Shown here piece after piece: positions 24,052 through 31,293 of a DNA stretch of 32,000 nt. Made by a program: the position numbers and the translations under genes. Under the pieces are notes generated by a model, which saw nothing but the letters and a program-made list of their open reading frames with translations, did not search any database and had not been told where the DNA came from. This DNA is from Candidatus Omnitrophota bacterium (GTDB taxonomy: Bacteria > Omnitrophota > Gorgyraeia > Zapsychrales > JANLHA01): contig OY759724.1 in NCBI GenBank assembly GCA_963662715.1, forward strand, positions 870,001 to 902,000, given 5' to 3'. Position 1 is the first letter of the stretch. Every line of letters begins with the position of its first letter.

Positions 24052-25254
24052 CTATCTTTTTAAAAAATCATATTGTTTACCATAAGCGGAATAAAAACCA
24101 TCAGGTACCGGCCAACAAAGGCAAATACCCAACGATCGAAGATATTCAACTATCCACAATAGTTCTTCGGGGGGCGGCGTTTGTACTACCAAACACAGTT
24201 TGGCGCCCTGCGCTGGTTTAGAATAAAGGAATCGATACTCAAAAAGCTGGGCAATCCCACCGCGTACTTGCGACAAGAAATTAGAACCATTCGTGCTTTT
24301 AACTTCAAAGATCCAACTCACACCATCAACCACAGCAAACAGGTCCACCTTCTGATTCTCTGAAACGCTATGCTTGTGAGCGCCTATAACACGACTTAAT
24401 CTATTCAACAGATCTTGGTGAGCATTTAACGACTTTTCTAAAGCCGCTATTCTATTGCCTTCATCATATATCTTTCCGGAAGCTTGCATCTGTGTTAAAG
24501 CTTTTTGACGAAAAGGGGTCTTCTTTTTAACTCTTGAGAATGCTTTTTGATTATATTCTTCTTGTCTTTTTTGCAACCGACTCTCAATTTTATTGAATTT
24601 CTCGGGGTCTTCTATTTGAAATCCAGTTTGCGGCCATTTTTTAAAACCCAGAATTCCTTTCACTTCAGATAACCGGATACCATGATCAGGAGGAACCGCA
24701 TAATCAGGAATAACCGATCTTTTAAAAATCCATCGTTTATTTCCCCTCAATTGTTGTCCTTTCGGGATCCAAATCGTTTCATTTAATACCGTACCACTGG
24801 CAAAAACAGCCTTTGCTCCTTTAAAATTCTCTGAGGGGTGCTTCCCAACTTGATAAAAGAGAACACGATCACCATCTCTGATGATCTCATTTCTACGTTG
24901 TTTCTTCTCGTGAAACCAAATATACAGGGCTGACAAATCTCGATTGGGAGAAGGCCAATATTGCTCAAGCCAATATTGGCAAGCAACCTTTTTCTCTATT
25001 CCTAAGCGAGGTATCTTGTACCGGATAACTAAGTTCGCTCCGTCTCCTTTTGGGGGTTGCTCCCGTATCTCATCTCCATCATTCATTGAACTACGCATCA
25101 CCGAACAACAAACAGGCATTCTATGATTTCCTGGATAGCCCCCGACTTTTCTGTGAAGATCCCCAGCTCTAATATCAATATATGGGAATCCTTTTTCAGT
25201 GGCGTCTCTTAATTCTTCAACCAAACTTTTATAAAAAACTTCCCTTTTTCTCAA
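24052..25254 (-). CDS. Three-domain protein: unknown N-domain, PUA-like (EVE/ASCH-type) middle domain, C-terminal PD-(D/E)xK nuclease
   Basis: 400 aa, TTG start. The middle IIRDGDRVLFYQVGKHP...GAKAVFASGTV resembles EVE/ASCH beta-barrels. The C-terminus VDLFAVVDGVSWIFEVKSTNG...GGIAQLFEY carries a D...E-x-K...Q nuclease core. Confidence 0.55.
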   Translation of the reverse strand: MRKREVFYKSLVEELRDATEKGFPYIDIRAGDLHRKVGGYPGNHRMPVCCSVMRSSMNDGDEIREQPPKGDGANLVIRYKIPRLGIEKKVACQYWLEQYWPSPNRDLSALYIWFHEKKQRRNEIIRDGDRVLFYQVGKHPSENFKGAKAVFASGTVLNETIWIPKGQQLRGNKRWIFKRSVIPDYAVPPDHGIRLSEVKGILGFKKWPQTGFQIEDPEKFNKIESRLQKRQEEYNQKAFSRVKKKTPFRQKALTQMQASGKIYDEGNRIAALEKSLNAHQDLLNRLSRVIGAHKHSVSENQKVDLFAVVDGVSWIFEVKSTNGSNFLSQVRGGIAQLFEYRFLYSKPAQGAKLCLVVQTPPPEELLWIVEYLRSLGICLCWPVPDGFYSAYGKQYDFLKR

Positions 25255-25281
25255 CTTGGTCGATTCCTTTTGACTTCCTAT

Positions 25282-25419
25282 TTATTTTTTCCCTTTTGTT
25301 GTACTTGTCCCTGTCGTAGGTTTTGGCGTTGGAGCTGGCTTCTTATTCTTTCCTGCCGTATGAAACTCACCTTTTGATGGTTTCGGTGTCGGCTTAGGCT
25401 TAGATTTATCAACTGTCAC
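25282..25419 (-). CDS. Unannotated micro-ORF 2 (45 aa), Pro/Thr/Lys-rich
   Basis: GTG at 25419 preceded by AAGGAAGGGG. Translation is VTVDKSKPKPTPKPSKGEFHTAGKNKKPAPTPKPTTGTSTTKGKK*. It is a paralog of micro-ORF 1. Confidence 0.45.
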   Translation of the reverse strand: MTVDKSKPKPTPKPSKGEFHTAGKNKKPAPTPKPTTGTSTTKGKK

Positions 25420-25507
25420 TTTAAACCCCTTCCTTAAGGATAATATTCTTATAAAATATAACGCTATTAATAATGCAAAAAAGGCTCTCGCTTCTTCATT
25501 TGAATTC

Positions 25508-25642
25508 TTACTTATTCTTACCCTTGGTCGTACTTATCCCTGATGTTGGCTTAGGTGTATTTATAGGTCTTATTGTAGCCCCAGCTGTCGTTCCTTGCCC
25601 TTTGGTTGGCTTTGGTGTGGGGCGCGGTTTCTGATCGCTCAC
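25508..25642 (-). CDS. Unannotated micro-ORF 1 (44 aa), Pro/Thr/Lys-rich
   Basis: The GTG at 25642 overlaps the TAG of the upstream gene by 1 nt and is preceded by AAGGAGG. Translation is VSDQKPRPTPKPTKGQGTTAGATIRPINTPKPTSGISTTKGKNK*. Confidence 0.45.
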   Translation of the reverse strand: MSDQKPRPTPKPTKGQGTTAGATIRPINTPKPTSGISTTKGKNK

Positions 25643-26205
25643 TAAATACCTCCTTTCTGTAAAGCATAAAAACTCAAAAAAACGATTAACGCCAGAAGAA
25701 ATCCCAAAGAAAATAAAAACATCCTGGCAGATTTTTTGAGTTCGGCTCCCTTATGCTCATTAATTTGAAAGTTATTACGGTAAACTTCCCAAAAATGTGA
25801 GGTTAAATATCTTTTAAAAGAAGATTCCTCTTCTTGGATCATTTGTTCATGGAAGACATCTTCTTCAGAGATCGATTTAAAATCGCTTCTTGTTTTCATA
25901 GATTGGAATGCATAAAATAATGCCACAAATGAAAAAAGCAAGGACCCCAGATAAAGGGGGACAAGAGTATTTATCCAAATCGGGGATTTAATATCTGTTA
26001 CAATTAACCCTCCCAGGCCAAAAACTAAAGTCATATATACTCCAATTAATCCCAGAAAATTATTGGCTTTTTCATCTAGATTCACCTGTCGATCTGATTC
26101 TTGTTGAACCAGATTATAGGACAAAGAATAGACAGTCTCAATAATCCGAGGATCTTTGATTCTTAGCCGCTCGATAATTTGTTCGATAGAAAGTTTAGGA
26201 GTCAT
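25642..26205 (-). CDS. Three-TM membrane protein (Pycsar-effector/SLATT-like layout, tentative)
   Basis: 187 aa. A soluble helical N-terminus ends in DEKANNFLGLIG, followed by TM1 and TM2, a charged linker, then C-terminal TM3 (MFLFSLGFLLALIVFLSFYAL). ATGA overlap with the upstream gene. Confidence 0.55.
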   Translation of the reverse strand: MTPKLSIEQIIERLRIKDPRIIETVYSLSYNLVQQESDRQVNLDEKANNFLGLIGVYMTLVFGLGGLIVTDIKSPIWINTLVPLYLGSLLFSFVALFYAFQSMKTRSDFKSISEEDVFHEQMIQEEESSFKRYLTSHFWEVYRNNFQINEHKGAELKKSARMFLFSLGFLLALIVFLSFYALQKGGI

Positions 26206-26627
26206 TTCTTTATTTCAATCTTAAAATTTGGGATTTGATCTTCTTTACAGAAAAATTTAATACCCACACCATCCATCGCATTATATCTCTCATATTGCAC
26301 AGTTTTTCGGGGCGTAATCTTAACATCTGTCGCATCACCGTATCTCTCTTCCAGAATAAATATAATAGTCCCATCCTTATCAATCGTTTTCTTTACTTTG
26401 TAAGGGAAATTCTTACTCTTCAAAACACGTCCGTCAGTGGAAACTAAAGCATAGGAATAATCTACGTAAGAAGAGACCACCTGTATAAGCCCATAAATCA
26501 ACAAAACAGATGCGGCAACAATACCAACAATCTTGACCCATAACTGTTGCTGCACCGACTCTGGCAGAAAACCATAAACCGTATTATAAACCGAAATCAG
26601 CACTAACAACGCTATCCACATCCACAT
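26202..26627 (-). CDS. 2-TM protein with beta-rich C-terminal domain
   Basis: 141 aa. Two N-terminal TM helices (WIALLVLISVYNTVYGF, IVGIVAASVLLIYGLIQVV) are followed by a strand-like soluble domain of about 80 aa. It starts 21 nt after the HerA stop. Confidence 0.55.
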   Translation of the reverse strand: MWMWIALLVLISVYNTVYGFLPESVQQQLWVKIVGIVAASVLLIYGLIQVVSSYVDYSYALVSTDGRVLKSKNFPYKVKKTIDKDGTIIFILEERYGDATDVKITPRKTVQYERYNAMDGVGIKFFCKEDQIPNFKIEIKK

Positions 26628-26648
26628 AAATCACCAGCTTTATATATT

Positions 26649-28511
26649 CTATTGGGAATTTTTATTCGCAATGTTTTTAAATTCTAAAGTATGACTCCTC
26701 GGTTTTTTAGCTGTCGGAAGCTCCGTAATTTTCAATTTTAAAGGCATTGGAGTAGCTATCCCGCTAAAAATACATACACCAACCGGCAAAGCTGGTATCG
26801 ATTCCTCAGTTATCCTATCAATATAAGAAACAGCGTTTCCAATAGTAGCAAGATCTTTTTGATTAATAAGTTGATGAATAAAATAATTATGGGCTTGAGA
26901 GATTATTGTATCTGATATGTCATTCGGTCTTTGACTTGCGATGGTAATAAAAACGCCAAACTTGCGACCTTCCTTGATAATCTCTTCAAAAGTTTCAAGA
27001 CGGTAATCTTTCCATTCCTCTGTTTCTCTAAAAGAAGTTTTCGATAAAATGTTATGAGCTTCGTCAATAATGATATTGAGAGATTTTTTATTATCTTCTT
27101 TTTTATGGTTGCTGTAGATATTTTTCGCCAGCAACAAGGGAACGGTTTTTTTCATGTCCAAATTAACATCATGTAAATTTACCACGACACAGTTATATTT
27201 ATCCCAAAATTTAGGAGAAGACTCGACTTTAAAGGTTCTCTCAATGCTTGTTTGCTTGGCTTTAAATCGATTAATAACTGGGTACACATGGTCATTCTGG
27301 ACTTTGTATCTAAACACATCCTCTATAAGCTGCAAATGAAGAAAAATATAGAACAAAGATAATTCAGATATCTTGCCTATCTTTGAATTATCAATAGAAT
27401 TTGTCAGCTTATAGATATTCGTTTCTTCTATAGCCTGGGGACTACCATTAAAATATGTTTCCTCTCCGAGTTTCTTAAACGTCTCGTATTTGCTATTAAA
27501 TTCAATATCACTTTTTATATTAATATCTGTCGTGTCATCAATAAACTTCTCCAGGACTTCTTCCATATAATCCAGCAATTTTAAAGCAACATCCTTATTC
27601 GCCATCTTAAGGATATCCTTGATTTTGTTCTGAACAATTCCTTTTACATAGGCAGCAAAATTATCCTTGGATTTTGACTTTTTATAGAACCTAAGCGTTC
27701 GCTTCAAAAATGGCTTTTGTGTCTTCTCAGTTGCCTCCATCAAGATCGCTAAGGTTTCGATATCGAACAACTCATCAAAAAGCATTGGAATTTTATCGCC
27801 CTTATCATCCTGAGTCCGAAGATTATAAGGTTTCTTATTCTTTGTTACACAATCTGGCTTAATATATTCTCCATTAAAATCAAGAATGAGAAATTTACAG
27901 TTTGTTTGAAACCCCTCATCTTTACCACATAGGTCGAAAAATCCTTGGTACAAAGCCGCAAGAGTATTCGATTTACCACTCCCGGTATTTCCAAAAATTG
28001 CTATATGACTATTAAAAATACTGTCTACGGGCAATTCGACAGGGATCTCTTCAATTTCAGTCTTTGCTATTTGGACATGAAGAGGAGAGTCGTCTTTCGT
28101 TAAATTATGAATATTGTGTATCTTTTGCTCTGTTAAAATGAATGCTTCATTACCAATCAGCGGCAGCTCCTTTATTCCCCCAATAAATTTGCCATTTAAA
28201 TCCACATATCCCACCAAGCTCAACGTCAAAAATCGTTCATTCCTATTAACTCTTTTATATTCATCATTCATCTCTTCTTTTATATCTATTTGTTCCTTCA
28301 ATTTTTCCCCATCGGATTTCCCTATAATACTAAGAAAACCCTTTTTGATTTCTACATAGCTCCCGACAGAAACATTCTTAATTATGTCGCCATCAAAAAG
28401 AAGGTCAGAAGAGTTTTTATTTTTATCTACTTTAATAAAAACTTTCCTTCCTTCAATCTCTGAAACTTCTCCTATCCGGAGAATTGCATCTTTTAAAAGG
28501 CTATTGTTCAT
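26649..28511 (-). CDS. HerA-like (FtsK/HerA, DUF87) ATPase of a SIR2-HerA defence pair
   Basis: 620 aa. N-terminal HAS-barrel-like IGEVSEIEGRKVFIKV, Walker A IAIFGNTGSGKSNT and Walker B LNIIIDEAHN. Overlaps the SIR2 gene by 11 nt. Confidence 0.85.
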   Translation of the reverse strand: MNNSLLKDAILRIGEVSEIEGRKVFIKVDKNKNSSDLLFDGDIIKNVSVGSYVEIKKGFLSIIGKSDGEKLKEQIDIKEEMNDEYKRVNRNERFLTLSLVGYVDLNGKFIGGIKELPLIGNEAFILTEQKIHNIHNLTKDDSPLHVQIAKTEIEEIPVELPVDSIFNSHIAIFGNTGSGKSNTLAALYQGFFDLCGKDEGFQTNCKFLILDFNGEYIKPDCVTKNKKPYNLRTQDDKGDKIPMLFDELFDIETLAILMEATEKTQKPFLKRTLRFYKKSKSKDNFAAYVKGIVQNKIKDILKMANKDVALKLLDYMEEVLEKFIDDTTDINIKSDIEFNSKYETFKKLGEETYFNGSPQAIEETNIYKLTNSIDNSKIGKISELSLFYIFLHLQLIEDVFRYKVQNDHVYPVINRFKAKQTSIERTFKVESSPKFWDKYNCVVVNLHDVNLDMKKTVPLLLAKNIYSNHKKEDNKKSLNIIIDEAHNILSKTSFRETEEWKDYRLETFEEIIKEGRKFGVFITIASQRPNDISDTIISQAHNYFIHQLINQKDLATIGNAVSYIDRITEESIPALPVGVCIFSGIATPMPLKLKITELPTAKKPRSHTLEFKNIANKNSQ

Positions 28512-29589
28512 CTTTTATTAGCTTCGTCTTCTCCTGCTTTTGCTTGTATTCTGGTGGGAGCATTTTTTTTATAATTAAATTGAACTTGTCGAAATTGATT
28601 TCTTCGGCTTCTGAATACACAATGTCTACATTATTAGCTGCAGAAAATTTTTCTTTATATCCTGCCAACTCATCCCTTTTATAACAAAAAACAACAACCA
28701 TTAAAGTCGGATTTCTCAATGCCCTGGCTGTAATCTCATATATATGTTCGTCCGCGAAAGAAAAACCTTCTGCTATTAAGAGGGTATTCTCCTTTTCTAA
28801 TTCATTTGCATATATCCTCAATAAGTCGTAGTAAGTCTGATTCAAAATACATTCTTTAAATTTCTCTTCTCTTGGCAAAACTATTGAGAAATTATTGTTA
28901 AATTGCTTTATTTTTTCTCCCGTCTCAGTATTTGATATTTTTTTAAGCTCTTCTACTAAAACGTCCAACTGTCGAATAGAAAAGAATATTTTGTTATCCT
29001 TAGATTCCCAGCCTAACGATCCATGAATTTTTATAAGATTTATTGATGGAACTTGAACTTGATAGTTATATAAATTCCCATTGTTATATGTCGAGTTAAA
29101 GAACTCGGAGGGAGAAAACAAGAACGAGCCTGAAATCAAAGGCCTTCTATTAAAACCATCATTGAGCCTGGCTGAGATTTCTATTTCTTCAAATGCCTTC
29201 TCAACAAAAAGATCATAATTAGTTGAGAAAATAGTGGCTTGCCTCGGCAAAATATTAGTTTTTCTTTTAAATAATATTTCTGAGATGTTTGTTAAAAAAG
29301 ACTTATAAGTCATCGTAGTCTGATTAATATTCTCATCTGAATTCTGCCTCATCCTTGACGTGACTTCTACGATGGGCTTAAGAAATTCAAACGTCATCCT
29401 TTCTGCTTCTTCATTCTTTCCCTCTTCCCTTCTACTCCTTATTTCATTCTCAACATTCCCCAAGGGTGCGAGTGCAGGATGAGAACAGCCTGAGCCTATT
29501 AAAAAATTCAAATTGACCGACTGGATTGCCTTATATAATCTGAAGAGAAATTCATCTTTTTTCTTATCGATATCCCATATATTTGCCAT
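28501..29589 (-). CDS. SIR2-family (SIR2_2-type) NADase-like protein
   Basis: 362 aa. NFLIGSGCS (GAGxS-type loop), IFSTNYD (catalytic Asn) and IKIHGS (catalytic His). GGAGG SD before the ATG. Confidence 0.8.
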   Translation of the reverse strand: MANIWDIDKKKDEFLFRLYKAIQSVNLNFLIGSGCSHPALAPLGNVENEIRSRREEGKNEEAERMTFEFLKPIVEVTSRMRQNSDENINQTTMTYKSFLTNISEILFKRKTNILPRQATIFSTNYDLFVEKAFEEIEISARLNDGFNRRPLISGSFLFSPSEFFNSTYNNGNLYNYQVQVPSINLIKIHGSLGWESKDNKIFFSIRQLDVLVEELKKISNTETGEKIKQFNNNFSIVLPREEKFKECILNQTYYDLLRIYANELEKENTLLIAEGFSFADEHIYEITARALRNPTLMVVVFCYKRDELAGYKEKFSAANNVDIVYSEAEEINFDKFNLIIKKMLPPEYKQKQEKTKLIKDEQ

Positions 29590-29599
29590 ATTACCTCCA

Positions 29600-29681
29600 T
29601 TCTAAAAATCTAAGGTCTTCGGTACACACCATACACTGCATTATATTCCCACCTTCTCATACAAATGCTTCTAAAAATCTA
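29600..29681. repeat. 13-bp direct repeat in the SIR2 operon upstream region
   Basis: TTCTAAAAATCTA occurs at 29600-29612 and 29669-29681, upstream (minus-strand sense) of the SIR2 start. Confidence 0.6.
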
Positions 29682-29735
29682 TGAAGGTGTTGCGGATATT
29701 GTCAACGCCGCCCGTGATTTCCTCTGCATCACCGG

Positions 29736-30818
29736 TCACAGATCATCACTTTTGGGACAGGTTATACAATCCATCCCCCTGGAATAATAATGACATTCAT
29801 TACAGCGCGTACATTCTCTTATATTCATCTTCTCACCACAAAAATATTTGTCTGCAAACTTGCAATCTGCAATTAATGCTCGCCCTAATGAAAAAGTAAT
29901 GTTTTTATACTGCGCTGTTTTTAATCTTTCTAAATCCAACACTTTACCTGCAACATTCCAAAATATATGCTTAAATTTCTTGGCTAAAGGAATTACTTCA
30001 TCTAACAAATAAGCATGTTTAAAATTCTCAGCCGGATAAATAAAATGCTTGTTAATATTATAGAATCCGCTTGAAATACTTAACATATCAATATCCCATT
30101 CACAAATTCTTCCCAATAAATCAGTCTTATATCCCTCAGCAGCTAAATCCTCAATCCCGTCAAAACGATTCACCCGCAAATCTAAGACGATATCGGGTAC
30201 TTGATCACGAATTCTATCAACAATATCATGCATAAATTTTAATCGATCATAACAATTATCATCATTTCTTGTGTTAAGAACCCTATTAATCATTTGTGCC
30301 AGAAAATAACCATGTGCAGCATGGATTTGGATCACCTTGAAACCAGCTTCTCTTGCAAGAACCGCCCCAGCGACAAACAGGTCTTTAATCTCCTCGAACT
30401 CTTTCTCTGAGCAAGAAGAAATTCTTCTTTGGGCCAATTTAATGAACATCTCTGGATTCTTATTCACCCATTGTTTTTGTTGCTTAATTCTTGGGTCATG
30501 CAAAGACAGCTGTATTCCTGGCAACGATCCGTTCTTCTCTATCGCTTCTGCCAATTTCTTATACTGCACATCTGACGAAATTATTGCTGTATTATCATTT
30601 GACCGAAATCTTGAATGAACAGCGACATTCCCAACATAACTAATTCCTAAACGTGATCCAGACCTTCGCTCATGGAAGTCAATTAACCTTTGTGTTGGTA
30701 TGCCACCTCTAGCAAAACCTGTATTTATGGGTGCGAGGAATAAATGAGAAGGCACCCTTAATCTTCTTATTTCTAAGGGAGCAAACAAATATTTAATTTC
30801 TGAACTAGCACAAAACAT
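29736..30818 (-). CDS. Old-Yellow-Enzyme-like FMN oxidoreductase with C-terminal Cys cluster
   Basis: 360 aa. LFAPLEIRRLRVPSHLFLAPINTGF, LPGIQLSLHD, VIQIHAAHGYFLAQMIN and GRALIADCKFADKY match the OYE/FadH N-domain layout. The C-terminus is CTRCNECHYYSRGMDCITCP. Confidence 0.7.
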   Translation of the reverse strand: MFCASSEIKYLFAPLEIRRLRVPSHLFLAPINTGFARGGIPTQRLIDFHERRSGSRLGISYVGNVAVHSRFRSNDNTAIISSDVQYKKLAEAIEKNGSLPGIQLSLHDPRIKQQKQWVNKNPEMFIKLAQRRISSCSEKEFEEIKDLFVAGAVLAREAGFKVIQIHAAHGYFLAQMINRVLNTRNDDNCYDRLKFMHDIVDRIRDQVPDIVLDLRVNRFDGIEDLAAEGYKTDLLGRICEWDIDMLSISSGFYNINKHFIYPAENFKHAYLLDEVIPLAKKFKHIFWNVAGKVLDLERLKTAQYKNITFSLGRALIADCKFADKYFCGEKMNIRECTRCNECHYYSRGMDCITCPKSDDL

Positions 30819-30843
30819 AAGAAATCAATTTAATAGATACATA

Positions 30844-31293
30844 TTAGCATCCGAACTCACTCTTTAAATGCTTTAAGAACTTCTGCGTCGCAGGAAAAAC
30901 CTTCAACCCCTGTGTATCATCAAGCCTCAACCATCGCCATTCAACAAGCTCAGAAGAATTAAACTCTAATGTAGTGTCCTCAGCAAGATACACCACATAG
31001 AAATAAACCTTACCCTCTCCAAAGTCATAATCCGTAGTAATCGCCAAGCTCATCTTTTGATTAGACAGGTCTAATCCGACTTCCTCTTTTACTTCTCGCA
31101 TAACCGTAGACATTGGGCTCTTATCAATACCCTTTACTCCCCCCCCAGGGGGTTGCCAATGATTTGGAAATCGTCGGGTTTTGACTAGTAGTATTTCTTT
31201 TCTACTATTTAAAATTCCTATTACAGCCACATCACGTCTGGGATTGCGCTCTAACTCCCTCGTCACATCTGAATCATTCTTATCAAAAACCAT
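30844..31293 (-). CDS. NUDIX hydrolase
   Basis: 149 aa. Nudix box GGGVKGIDKSPMSTVMREVKEEVGL (REUxEExGU intact). The start codon directly abuts the stop of the upstream gene. Confidence 0.85.
   Translation of the reverse strand: MVFDKNDSDVTRELERNPRRDVAVIGILNSRKEILLVKTRRFPNHWQPPGGGVKGIDKSPMSTVMREVKEEVGLDLSNQKMSLAITTDYDFGEGKVYFYVVYLAEDTTLEFNSSELVEWRWLRLDDTQGLKVFPATQKFLKHLKSEFGC

Noticed and set aside
29681-29899. Plus-strand 72-aa ORF at the OYE gene 3' end
   Set aside because: It is antisense to the Cys-cluster tail of the OYE-like protein, which is a coherent CxxCxxC...CxxC motif. No SD is present.
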